From IMG/VR virus record IMGVR_UViG_3300037440_000188, positions 1 to 38,352 of that record: a stretch of DNA of 38,352 bases. The stretch is one strand, 5' to 3'. The translations under genes were made by a program, and so were the position numbers. Position 1 is the stretch's first letter. Each line of letters starts with the position of its first letter. The DNA is from a virus. Taxonomy: Duplodnaviria > Caudoviricetes. A model generated the notes under the pieces. That model was given only the letters and a program-made list of their open reading frames with translations, did not search any database and was not told the DNA's origin. Shown piece by piece: positions 18,366 through 26,738 of this stretch.

Positions 18366-20087
18366 ATGGCTTTAGCAATCACGACCACGGGACAAAATGG
18401 AATAACGCAAACTACTATTACCTTTTTAGGAAATATAACTAGTGTGGATACCCCAAACCCAACTAAACGGGGATTTCAATATAATACGGTACAATATCCG
18501 GACAAAGAAGTTTACGAAACAGGTAGTTTCGGAACGGGTAGTTTCTCTTTAGATATTACAGGTTTAACACCCGGGACAACGTACTATATAAGAGCTTTCG
18601 CCGAAGATGTAAACGGTACAGTATACGGGACTTGGATTACCGTAACTACGAGCAGTAGCGAATACAAAATAACAATAGACGGCGTAGACAGGACTAACGA
18701 CATTATTAACCAAACCCCGGTAATAGAAGACGCGATAAACGACCAACAAAATTTCTTAAGTTTTCAATTAATGGACTTAAATAGTATTGGTATACCTTCA
18801 AACGACGACGAAGTTATAGTTTATTTAGATGACGACACAAAGCTTTTTGGTGGAAATATTATTTCTATTGAAATGAGTAAAAAGACGACCGGTTCGGTAG
18901 TTGCTACTATTAGATGTGTAGACTATTCGCGCGTTTTAGATAGTAACCTAGTACATAAGTCTTACGAGGACATGACCGACAAGGCAATAATAGAAGATAT
19001 AGTAGCAACTTATTGTGCCGGACTAGATATTACGACGACTAATGTAGTAGAGGGGGTAACTATAGAACAGGTTAGTTTCAATTATGTGCAACCTAGCCAA
19101 GCTTTACGAAAAATAGCCGACTTAACCGGTAGAAATTGGTATATAGATTACGATAAGGATATACATTATTTCCCATTAACTACCAATACTACCCCTTTTA
19201 ATATTGATTCCTCTAACAATGAATATTACAACCTAAGAGTAAGTAAAGACGCTTCGCAGATAAAGAACAGAATTTACGTTAGGGGTGGTACTAAACTTTC
19301 CGACGAAACTACTTATTCAGAAAAAGGCGACGGAGAAAAACGTAAATTCGTTTTACCGGATAAACCGCATGCGGTAACTGTTACGGTAAACGGGGTAGAA
19401 AAAACTTTAGGTATAAAAAACGTAAACGCTGACGGGTTCGAATGGTATTTAAACTTTCAAGAAAAATACTTAGAACAGGACTCGACCGAAACTGTTTTAA
19501 GTACTTCGGACACTTTAGAGGTTACGTATAAATATGATATTCCTATTTTGGTAGCCTTAGAAAATTCCGCTTCTATTATAGAACATGGAATTAAGGAATT
19601 TGCAATTTTTGATAAGCAAATAAGTACTACTAAATCCGCTAGAGATAGAGCAAGCGCGGAACTTACAGACTACGCAAATAATATAATAGAGGGGAGTTTT
19701 AAAACCCTTACTACCGGTTTTACTTCGGGACAGTATATTAATATCAATCTTACCGAATACGGATTAAATGAGGATTATATAATACAAAAAGTAGTAGCGA
19801 ATTCGATAGGTGGTGGCGTATATGAATATACTATTTCAATGGCTAGCGCTAAGACTATGGGAATTATAAGGTTCTTGATAGAATTACTAGAAGACAATAG
19901 AAATTTAATTACACTAGACGAAAACGAAGTAGTGGACGAACTTTTTACTATTAACGATAGCCTTTTATCGGATAGTTTAGTAGATAGTTTAATTACAGAT
20001 AGCGCCGGGCCATACTCAACGTGGGCGGAAGGTGAAGAAACAGAACCGAACACAGTAGCAAAATGGGGTTTATTTCAATGGGGATAA
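18366..20087 (+). CDS. Tail tip hub protein with an N-terminal fibronectin-III domain
   Basis: ITGLTPGTTYYIRAFA (FN3), then WYIDYDKDIHY and IKNRIYVRGG hub motifs. Confidence 0.78.
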   Translation: MALAITTTGQNGITQTTITFLGNITSVDTPNPTKRGFQYNTVQYPDKEVYETGSFGTGSFSLDITGLTPGTTYYIRAFAEDVNGTVYGTWITVTTSSSEYKITIDGVDRTNDIINQTPVIEDAINDQQNFLSFQLMDLNSIGIPSNDDEVIVYLDDDTKLFGGNIISIEMSKKTTGSVVATIRCVDYSRVLDSNLVHKSYEDMTDKAIIEDIVATYCAGLDITTTNVVEGVTIEQVSFNYVQPSQALRKIADLTGRNWYIDYDKDIHYFPLTTNTTPFNIDSSNNEYYNLRVSKDASQIKNRIYVRGGTKLSDETTYSEKGDGEKRKFVLPDKPHAVTVTVNGVEKTLGIKNVNADGFEWYLNFQEKYLEQDSTETVLSTSDTLEVTYKYDIPILVALENSASIIEHGIKEFAIFDKQISTTKSARDRASAELTDYANNIIEGSFKTLTTGFTSGQYININLTEYGLNEDYIIQKVVANSIGGGVYEYTISMASAKTMGIIRFLIELLEDNRNLITLDENEVVDELFTINDSLLSDSLVDSLITDSAGPYSTWAEGEETEPNTVAKWGLFQWG

Positions 20088-20091
20088 AATT

Positions 20092-20550
20092 ATGTTAGAA
20101 AATAGAAACGAAATTATAGTACCAAAAGGAAAGGTTTTAATAGACCTTTATAATGTAATAACTAAAAAACACGATATACAATTAGTTAATAATTTAATTA
20201 CTACTTTAGGTAAAGAAGCATTAGCCGAAACCTTTATTTCTACCGTTGTGTTAGTTAGTTACTGCGCTTTAGGAACGGACGCAACAGCGCCCGACTTAGG
20301 GGATTCGCTTTTAGGTTCAGAATTGGCACGTAAACAAATTTCGGTAAAGAGTAGAGAAAATAACACTGTTACTTTTCAAACTTTTTTTACTACCGCCGAG
20401 GCTATAGGAGCATTAAAAGAGGCCGGTTTATTCGGTGGCAACGCGACAGGAACGGCCGATACGGGTAATTTGTTAGCTAAAACCGCTATAGATAGAAATA
20501 AAACGGCTAACGATACCCTTACTTTAACTTGGAGCATAGCAATAGGATAA
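20092..20550 (+). CDS. Baseplate or fibre-attachment protein
   Basis: NLITTLG, ALGTD, ELARK and LKEAGLF motifs. Confidence 0.72.
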   Translation: MLENRNEIIVPKGKVLIDLYNVITKKHDIQLVNNLITTLGKEALAETFISTVVLVSYCALGTDATAPDLGDSLLGSELARKQISVKSRENNTVTFQTFFTTAEAIGALKEAGLFGGNATGTADTGNLLAKTAIDRNKTANDTLTLTWSIAIG

Positions 20551-20572
20551 ATTTAATTTATAATAAAGATAT

Positions 20573-21412
20573 ATGGCAGTTACACACTCGGACCCAGTAC
20601 AAGCAGGAAACAACGCTAGAGCCTACGAGCATGGAAGGCTTAGAAACGATATACAAGCCGGTTGGATAAAACCACAATATAACACTAGTGGGGACGAAGA
20701 CGCGCCCGTTTATGCGATAGAAACTTGGACCTACGCAAGCGCTACAACTATTACAGTTCCTACGGGGGCGACTGAAAGATACCAAAAAGGCGATAAAATT
20801 AGGTTAAAACAGGGCGGAGCATACAAATATTTTACAGTTACTACGGTAGCTTCTACCCTACTTACTATAACTTCTAAAACTTATACACTTACAAACGATA
20901 CAATTACCGATAACTATGTATCTAAATTTGAAAATCCGGTAGGATTCGAAGGCGTAGGCGGAGGCGTACCCGTTGGCGGTATAATCGCTTGGAGCGGTAC
21001 AATTGCTAATATTCCGGGTAATTGGGCTTTGTGTGACGGTAACAATGGAACGCCTAATTTAAAAGCTAAGTTTTTAGTTGGCGCGGAATTTGAAAGCGGG
21101 GGGGCCGGAAACAATACTACTAGCTATAACGTGGGACATACGGGTGGAGAAAATACGCACACCCTTACAACTGATGAAATGCCCAGCCATACCCACACAC
21201 AAAATTCACATGCACATACAGGCACAAACGAGGGGGGCTATGCACGGGACGGAGGGGGCGCGGGTACCAATGTAGCCTCTAGGACAGCCGGAAGCGCTTA
21301 TGGTGTTATTACGGGTAGTGCAACCGCTACAAACCAGAATACAGGTGGTGGGGCTTCACATGAAAACAGACCACCTTACTATGCGTTGGCTTGGATTATG
21401 AGAATTTATTAA
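20573..21412 (+). CDS. Tail fibre with collar domain
   Basis: VPVGGIIAWSG...WALCDGNNGTPNL, GGENTHTLT.DEMPSHTH and HENRPPYYALAWIMR. Confidence 0.88.
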   Translation: MAVTHSDPVQAGNNARAYEHGRLRNDIQAGWIKPQYNTSGDEDAPVYAIETWTYASATTITVPTGATERYQKGDKIRLKQGGAYKYFTVTTVASTLLTITSKTYTLTNDTITDNYVSKFENPVGFEGVGGGVPVGGIIAWSGTIANIPGNWALCDGNNGTPNLKAKFLVGAEFESGGAGNNTTSYNVGHTGGENTHTLTTDEMPSHTHTQNSHAHTGTNEGGYARDGGGAGTNVASRTAGSAYGVITGSATATNQNTGGGASHENRPPYYALAWIMRIY

Positions 21413-21419
21413 AAAAATT

Positions 21420-22475
21420 ATGAAAAAAATACTTTTACAAAAATCACATATAAATATTAAAACAAATTCAATCGTAGCACTTAGAGGAAGTACGGGCGCG
21501 CCAAACGAGGCACAGTTTAATGAGGATATAGCAAATAGATTAAAATTAAGACTTGAAGAAACGGGAAAGTTTCAAGTTGTTATAGATGACGGTAACGCAA
21601 ACGACCATAGTACTACCATAAATACAGATTGGGACCTATTTCTATCTATACATTACGACGCGGATATATACAGGACCGGAGGTGGATTTGTTGACTTTCC
21701 GGAACCTTCTACAGACGGAGCAACGAAAGAATCCCAAAGAATAGCTAAGAACATAGAAGAGCAATATTTTGAAACTACAGGAATTAAAAACGTCCCTTCA
21801 CGTTCTAACGCTAATACTAGATATTATTATATGTGGAAGTATTTAACAGCTAAAACCCCATGCGTATTAATTGAATGCGGTGTAGGAATGCACAAACCCG
21901 ACGACTACAATATTTTACATAATAATAGAGATTTAGTAGTAGAGGGACTATATAAAGGTATAATGAAGTCTTTTAACTACAAACCACAACCAAAAGATTG
22001 GAAAAGTTATTTTAACTTTGATGTTACTAAAAGATTGTCCGAAGAAATACTAGAGGGATTAAGACTGAAAGAGGCCGTAAATTTTCCACTTAATACAGCG
22101 TTAGACAGTTTTAAAGATATTTGGAATGTTAGACACTCACAACACAAAAAAGAGCTAGAGAATAGAAAGGAGCAAGTAGAAAGACTAGAAGATTCTATAT
22201 TAAGGGAACAGGAATTAAGAAACGATTTAATAAAGGCTTTAGCAGATAAAGAAACAGCAATAACAAAAATGGCCGAAGCATACGAATTTAAGGTAGGAGA
22301 ATTAAACGAAATAATAAACGAAGTATCAAAAGAGAAGGGTAGGTTGATTTTAGAAAAAAATAAACTAGCTACCGAATTAGAATTATGTAAAAATAAAGAA
22401 TGTGTAGAAGAATTAACCGTAGCAGAAGTTTTATTATTAATTTTTGAAAAGCTTAAAGGCGTAAAATTGAAATGA
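21420..22475 (+). CDS. Endolysin: Amidase_3-like N-acetylmuramoyl-L-alanine amidase with a C-terminal coiled coil
   Basis: Zn-ligand pattern H..E..FLSIHYD..VLIECG. Confidence 0.85.
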   Translation: MKKILLQKSHINIKTNSIVALRGSTGAPNEAQFNEDIANRLKLRLEETGKFQVVIDDGNANDHSTTINTDWDLFLSIHYDADIYRTGGGFVDFPEPSTDGATKESQRIAKNIEEQYFETTGIKNVPSRSNANTRYYYMWKYLTAKTPCVLIECGVGMHKPDDYNILHNNRDLVVEGLYKGIMKSFNYKPQPKDWKSYFNFDVTKRLSEEILEGLRLKEAVNFPLNTALDSFKDIWNVRHSQHKKELENRKEQVERLEDSILREQELRNDLIKALADKETAITKMAEAYEFKVGELNEIINEVSKEKGRLILEKNKLATELELCKNKECVEELTVAEVLLLIFEKLKGVKLK

Positions 22476-22669
22476 AAACATTAAAAGAACACGTAGAAAC
22501 AGGGGCGAAATATAGCGGTAGCGCTATTACCCTATCCTTAGCAATAACAGAAATACTTGTTTTTGCGCGCCCGGATTGGGCGCCAATAGAGTTATATTTA
22601 TATGCTATTTTTACTTTTGGCGTTAACTTATTAATGATTTTCTTATTAAAGAACGGCTATAGTAAATAA
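22472..22669 (+). CDS. Holin-like protein (two TM segments)
   Basis: Two hydrophobic helices and a basic tail. Overlaps the endolysin stop. Confidence 0.6.
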   Translation: MKTLKEHVETGAKYSGSAITLSLAITEILVFARPDWAPIELYLYAIFTFGVNLLMIFLLKNGYSK

Positions 22670-22677
22670 ATGAAGTC

Positions 22678-23127
22678 ATGGAATTTGCGGAATTAGCTAC
22701 ACTAAATTCGGTTGGAGGTATAATAGCCTTAATTGTAATAGCCTACACAACGGTAACTAGATTTTTAGATAAAGAAGATAAGAAAACCGACCAGAAAAGA
22801 GCGGAATTAATTAGCTTACTGGAACGCGAAATATCCACTCTAAAAAATTGGCAAAAAGAAGCAGATTTAAAATTAATAAGTGCTACCGAAAAAATAACAG
22901 AACTAACCGCCCAAAATTCGCTACTTAGACAAATATTACAAGGAAAAGACGACGACAGTAAGGACTATAGAGCCAAGGCGATTAGCGCAATAGCTAAGCA
23001 AGATAATATTTTAGAAAGTATAAACAACCTATACAGATTAATAGAACAACATTTAAAAATAGATGAGGATGTACAAAAACAAAGATTAGAAATTGAAAAA
23101 AAAACCCTGAAAAGCAATTCTAAGTAA
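22678..23127 (+). CDS. Membrane-anchored coiled-coil protein (lysis cassette)
   Basis: N-terminal TM segment followed by a heptad-rich helix. Confidence 0.65.
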   Translation: MEFAELATLNSVGGIIALIVIAYTTVTRFLDKEDKKTDQKRAELISLLEREISTLKNWQKEADLKLISATEKITELTAQNSLLRQILQGKDDDSKDYRAKAISAIAKQDNILESINNLYRLIEQHLKIDEDVQKQRLEIEKKTLKSNSK

Positions 23128-23159
23128 ATTTACCCAGTACTAAAGCATTTATAAGAGGA

Positions 23160-23222
23160 ACGAAAAAGCACCCCTTGCGAGGTGCCTTATCGTTTGGTAT
23201 TATTCCAAGTATGAGTTATTCA
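23160..23222 (-). ncRNA. Putative ~60 nt small RNA (sRNA-1)
   Basis: Bracketed by a minus-strand promoter (23229-23257) and terminator (23163-23185). No ORF. Confidence 0.65.
23163..23185 (-). terminator. Intrinsic terminator, minus strand
   Basis: GCACCTC-GCAA-GGGGTGC then TTTTT. The GNRA loop and G.U pair work only on the minus strand. Confidence 0.82.
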
Positions 23223-23228
23223 AATACA

Positions 23229-23257
23229 ATCATAGCACGAAAATACAAGACATACAA
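23229..23257 (-). promoter_or_regulatory. Sigma70-type promoter with extended -10, minus strand
   Basis: TTGTAT-17 nt-TATGAT with TGn immediately before the -10. Confidence 0.72.
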
Positions 23258-23280
23258 CCACGCGTAGACGTGGTTTTTTT
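23256..23280 (+). terminator. Intrinsic terminator of the late/lysis transcript
   Basis: AACCACG-CGTAGA-CGTGGTT followed by a T run. Confidence 0.78.
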
Positions 23281-23285
23281 GTTGC

Positions 23286-23480
23286 CTATTTTGCTAATAG
23301 ACTAGTGTTTTTAAGTAAAGATACTAGCCTATCATTAAGATAGGAGAGGTCACAACGATATAAGGTAAAATGAGAGTACGCGCCGTTATCGTTGGTAGGG
23401 ATTATTTGGACCCTAAACATTTAAAGCGTACAACACACTAACGCGTGAAAGTTAGTAGGAAAAAACAACCTTGCAAGGAT
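23286..23480 (+). ncRNA. Dense hairpin array with a possible pseudoknot (structured RNA or origin)
   Basis: At least six abutting stems. Loop GTACGC (23376-81) is complementary to GCGTAC (23426-31). Confidence 0.45.
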
Positions 23481-23498
23481 TCATATAAACTTTAGTAC

Positions 23499-23533
23499 TA
23501 AAAAGGAAACACCCCGACATTTAAGCCGGGGCG
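23499..23533 (-). terminator. Intrinsic terminator, minus strand
   Basis: CGCCCCGGC-TTAAAT-GTCGGGGTG (two G.U pairs on the minus strand) then TTTCCTTTTT. Confidence 0.75.
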
Positions 23534-23631
23534 AGTAAGGTATTGTATTAGCGTTATTAATTAAGTGCGCTAGTTTTTAATATCTTTTTTCAAGAGGTAA
23601 ACAAAATACAGCCTTCTTCGTGAAAAGTTTA
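23500..23631 (-). ncRNA. Putative ~130 nt small RNA (sRNA-2)
   Basis: TATAAT on the minus strand at 23638-23643, terminator at 23499-23533, internal stems, no plausible ORF. Confidence 0.45.
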
Positions 23632-23640
23632 ATACCTATT

Positions 23641-23671
23641 ATATAAGTTATATTACCAATGTAAGTTACAT
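23641..23671. promoter_or_regulatory. Two related 13 bp palindromes (operator-like)
   Basis: ATATAA-G-TTATAT at 23641-53 and ATGTAA-G-TTACAT at 23659-71. Confidence 0.6.
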
Positions 23672-23723
23672 GTGTAGTTAATGTAAAACCTTTGTAAAAA
23701 AAACAGCAAATTTAAAAAAAAGT

Positions 23724-23951
23724 ATGAATCCTAATCTAATCTATTATAAAACTTCCTTAGTTGGTTTTAATTCTAGTAAACACTACGGTATAGGAACCGA
23801 TAATTTTTATAACTTGTGGTTAAAATCATTACAAAAAAAGCAGTTCAAAAGTGACGGTTGGAAATACGAATACCTTTACAAGTGGGCCTTAGAAAACACC
23901 GACAAAGTTAAAAGTTTCATAGATAAAGAATTTCCAAAAATAAACACTTGA
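23724..23951 (+). CDS. Hypothetical protein
   Basis: 75 aa ORF, the first gene after the control region. Confidence 0.65.
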   Translation: MNPNLIYYKTSLVGFNSSKHYGIGTDNFYNLWLKSLQKKQFKSDGWKYEYLYKWALENTDKVKSFIDKEFPKINT

Positions 23952-23977
23952 CATTTATAATACATTTGTAATACACT
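23948..23977 (+). promoter_or_regulatory. Early promoter P1
   Basis: TTGACA-18-TACACT with the shared spacer motif. Confidence 0.75.
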
Positions 23978-24004
23978 AGATACAGTATTAAATTATTCAA
24001 AAGT

Positions 24005-24217
24005 ATGATTAATAAAAAAAGTTTTAAAAGTGTATTACAAAACCTTAAAAGGGATTGTAAAGTATTAGACGAAGACAAAATAGCAATGTACCTACACGGC
24101 GGATATACTGTAGAAGAAATATTAGAAATTGACTTTTTACATTATGAAGAATTACAGGACGAAGCATGCGAAGCACGTGTAGAAAATTATTTAACTTCCG
24201 AAGATTGGGGGTGGTAA
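24005..24217 (+). CDS. Hypothetical acidic protein
   Basis: 70 aa ORF downstream of P1. Confidence 0.7.
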   Translation: MINKKSFKSVLQNLKRDCKVLDEDKIAMYLHGGYTVEEILEIDFLHYEELQDEACEARVENYLTSEDWGW

Positions 24218-24220
24218 AAA

Positions 24221-24451
24221 GTGGTTTATTTAGAAATTGAGGAAAAGGACATTCCTAATATTTGTAAAATTTTAAAAGAAGCCACCGAAAAACTTAGAAG
24301 GAAAGAAAAACAAATAGTATTTAGTGATGACAGTAAAATTTGTTATAGAAAAGAGTTGGAAGAATTAGACAATAAATTATTACTATTATTAAGTTTAACT
24401 ATTCAGTTAGAAACTGAATTACAAAGGTTACAAAATGAAAATAACAATTAA
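24221..24451 (+). CDS. Hypothetical coiled-coil protein
   Basis: GTG start after GGGGGTGG. Tightly packed ORF. Confidence 0.62.
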   Translation: MVYLEIEEKDIPNICKILKEATEKLRRKEKQIVFSDDSKICYRKELEELDNKLLLLLSLTIQLETELQRLQNENNN

Positions 24452-24692
24452 AGAAAAAGAATCAACTAGGGATATTTCAGTAAAATACAAAGATTTAGAA
24501 CACGGGGAAACTATCGTAAGACTAAGATTATATATAGATATGGAACGAAAAAAAGCTAAATTTCAGTTTGTAAACGGCGCCGGTGAACCTATTAGTATGC
24601 ATACTAATGACCGCCTAGGTTATAAAGATTTTGACGCTGTTAGTTTATTATTTCAAACGGCACATAACGAAATAAAAAAATTAGATAACTAA
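24435..24692 (+). CDS. Hypothetical protein
   Basis: 85 aa overlapping ORF. Confidence 0.65.
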   Translation: MKITIKEKESTRDISVKYKDLEHGETIVRLRLYIDMERKKAKFQFVNGAGEPISMHTNDRLGYKDFDAVSLLFQTAHNEIKKLDN

Positions 24693-24721
24693 TTGACTAG
24701 ATAAGACATTCATAATACAAT
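24693..24721 (+). promoter_or_regulatory. Early promoter P2
   Basis: TTGACT-17-TACAAT, 8 nt before ATG 24730. Confidence 0.78.
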
Positions 24722-24729
24722 ATAGGTAT

Positions 24730-24927
24730 ATGAAGAATCAAGGACATTTAAACCGCAGAAAAAGGGTAGAAAATGTATGGAAAAGAATATACAACGCTTA
24801 CTACGAAGATAATAGACCGGTAAAAGAAATACTAGAAGAATTCAAGAACCCGAAAACCGGTAGGCCTTATAGTAGGAGCCACTTTTATTTCATACTAGAC
24901 CAAGTAAAAGAGTCACTAAAAAATTAA
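24730..24927 (+). CDS. Small basic HTH-like DNA-binding protein
   Basis: PVKEIL...GRPYSRSHFYFIL helix-turn-helix-like pattern. First gene of the P2 operon. Confidence 0.55.
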   Translation: MKNQGHLNRRKRVENVWKRIYNAYYEDNRPVKEILEEFKNPKTGRPYSRSHFYFILDQVKESLKN

Positions 24928-24943
24928 TAAATTATTCCAAAAT

Positions 24944-25762
24944 ATGAGTACAAAAGAAACAAACGAAGAAGTAAAAAAAGACAAAGACAAAGAATTAAAA
25001 ATTTACCATTCACTAGCGCCCAAGAATGTAAAACCCGAAGTCTATTTACAGTTGGTAAAGGACCAAATAATGGGTAGAGATAAAAAAGGCAATTCGAGAA
25101 GTACCGAAGAAACAATGCTATTTTTATACACTTGCCAAAGAACCGGATTAGACCCAATACTAAAACAAATACACCCCGTTTTTAGGTGGAGTAGTAGCCA
25201 TGGTAAGGAGGTAATGAGTATACAAACAGGTATAGACGGTATGAGATTAGTAGCACAAAGAACCGGGAAATATGCAGGTGCCGAGGATATAAAATATAAT
25301 CCAGAAGACGAAAGTTTAGATTATCCACATACCGCAACGGCAACAATTTACAAATTTATTGGCGGACATAGAGTGGCTTTTACAGGTACCGCACGTTGGA
25401 AAGAATTTGCCGTAACAGATAAAGCCGGAAAACCCGAATTTATGTGGGCAAGAATGCCTTACCACATGTTGGGTAAATGTGCCGAAGCTTTAGCGCTTCG
25501 TAAAGCGTTTCCTAATGAACTATCCGGCGTTTACGCTAAAGAGGAAATGGAACAGGCCGAAGAAGTTTTAAACAAGTTACCAACTCCGGAAAGATTTAAC
25601 AAAGAGGAAAAAATAGAAGTTGAACACGGTAGACCCGCAGATATGAAAGTAGAGGAAGTAAAACCAAAAAATACTAGCGTGGCCGATATGCGTAATAATT
25701 TAAAGGACAAACGAAATGGAAAGCAAGATAAACCTACGAAGCCTAGTGCCGGTAAAGTTTAA
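24944..25762 (+). CDS. bet: Bet/RecT-family single-strand annealing recombinase
   Basis: GLDPILKQI, IQTGIDGMRLVAQRTG and W..MP.HML.KCAEALALRKAFP. Confidence 0.92.
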   Translation: MSTKETNEEVKKDKDKELKIYHSLAPKNVKPEVYLQLVKDQIMGRDKKGNSRSTEETMLFLYTCQRTGLDPILKQIHPVFRWSSSHGKEVMSIQTGIDGMRLVAQRTGKYAGAEDIKYNPEDESLDYPHTATATIYKFIGGHRVAFTGTARWKEFAVTDKAGKPEFMWARMPYHMLGKCAEALALRKAFPNELSGVYAKEEMEQAEEVLNKLPTPERFNKEEKIEVEHGRPADMKVEEVKPKNTSVADMRNNLKDKRNGKQDKPTKPSAGKV

Positions 25763-25973
25763 AGATAAAAACGGTAGGGGAGGAATAAAGATTAATTTAA
25801 AGGAAGCGTTCGGATTTATTCCAAAGGAAATCGTTGTGCAAAAAGTACAAAACGAAAATAACAAAATTGTTATATCCGCAGTAATTTCAAGTATAAAAAA
25901 TGAAAAAAGAACAGATAGAAAACAAAATAGCGGAGTTAAAGGAAAAACTAGACGAAATACAAGAAAAGCTTAA
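25716..25973 (+). CDS. Hypothetical basic protein
   Basis: 85 aa ORF bridging bet and the next gene. Confidence 0.6.
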   Translation: MESKINLRSLVPVKFKDKNGRGGIKINLKEAFGFIPKEIVVQKVQNENNKIVISAVISSIKNEKRTDRKQNSGVKGKTRRNTRKA

Positions 25974-26094
25974 ATTGACGGTTAACGAGCCTTTAACTTA
26001 CCAAAATAAAGAACTAATAAAAGAGCTGTATTCTGAAAGAAGGGACAAACATAACGAATTAGAACATTTTAACAATTTACTTAAAAAATCATGA
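25900..26094 (+). CDS. Hypothetical coiled-coil protein
   Basis: 64 aa. ATGA overlap with ssb. Confidence 0.65.
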   Translation: MKKEQIENKIAELKEKLDEIQEKLKLTVNEPLTYQNKELIKELYSERRDKHNELEHFNNLLKKS

Positions 26095-26510
26095 GTTTAT
26101 ACAACGTAAACAGGGCCACATTATTAGGAAATTTAGTTAAGGAACCGGAGGTAAGAACTACCCCAAACGGTACTACTGTTTGCACTCTTAACATGGCTAC
26201 AAACAATTCAAAAAAGAGCGGGGATAGTTGGGAGGACGTACCAACTTTTCATAGATTAGTAGCTTTTGGAAAAACCGCGGAATTTTGCGGTAAAAACTTA
26301 TCAAAAAGTAGTAAAGTATATGTAGAAGGTAGAATAGAAAATAGAAGCTACGAACAGAACGGAGAAAAAAAATATATTTCCGAAATAGTAATAGATAAAA
26401 TAATATCAATGGCCCAAAGTAACAACAATTCATTTAGCAACGAACCAAGTTACGATAGTCAAGATAACGAAGAAAGAGTAGACCCCGACGAAGTACCAAA
26501 TTTCTTATAA
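26091..26510 (+). CDS. ssb: Single-stranded DNA-binding protein
   Basis: NRATLLGNL..EPEVR, VYVEGRIENRSYE and an acidic C-terminal tail. Confidence 0.96.
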   Translation: MSLYNVNRATLLGNLVKEPEVRTTPNGTTVCTLNMATNNSKKSGDSWEDVPTFHRLVAFGKTAEFCGKNLSKSSKVYVEGRIENRSYEQNGEKKYISEIVIDKIISMAQSNNNSFSNEPSYDSQDNEERVDPDEVPNFL

Positions 26511-26525
26511 ATTTTAGGAAAAAAC

Positions 26526-26738
26526 ATGCCCTACATTAAAAACGCATTATATAGCAATCTATTAAAACAACTTAGTAGACTAGAAAAGGATAATTTCGAA
26601 GTATATAGAAAGTATGAATTTTGCCAAGAATCTTTAGACAAGAAAAGGGAAACCCCATTTGGTATAAAAGCTTATTACATGCTATTAGGTTGGTTAATAT
26701 CTACTTTAGCATTTATATTGGCAAGTGTTATCAACTAA
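26526..26738 (+). CDS. Hypothetical protein with a C-terminal TM segment
   Basis: 70 aa with a hydrophobic tail. Confidence 0.65.
   Translation: MPYIKNALYSNLLKQLSRLEKDNFEVYRKYEFCQESLDKKRETPFGIKAYYMLLGWLISTLAFILASVIN

Noticed and set aside
23211-23267. 18-codon + strand ORF MSYSNTIIARKYKTYNHA
   Set aside because: No coding evidence. The sequence is better explained by the minus-strand promoter and sRNA. Retained only as an alternative hypothesis.
26621-26737. Upstream extension of the HNH-like ORF
   Set aside because: Overlaps the preceding gene. The TAATG junction at 26738 is the more plausible start.
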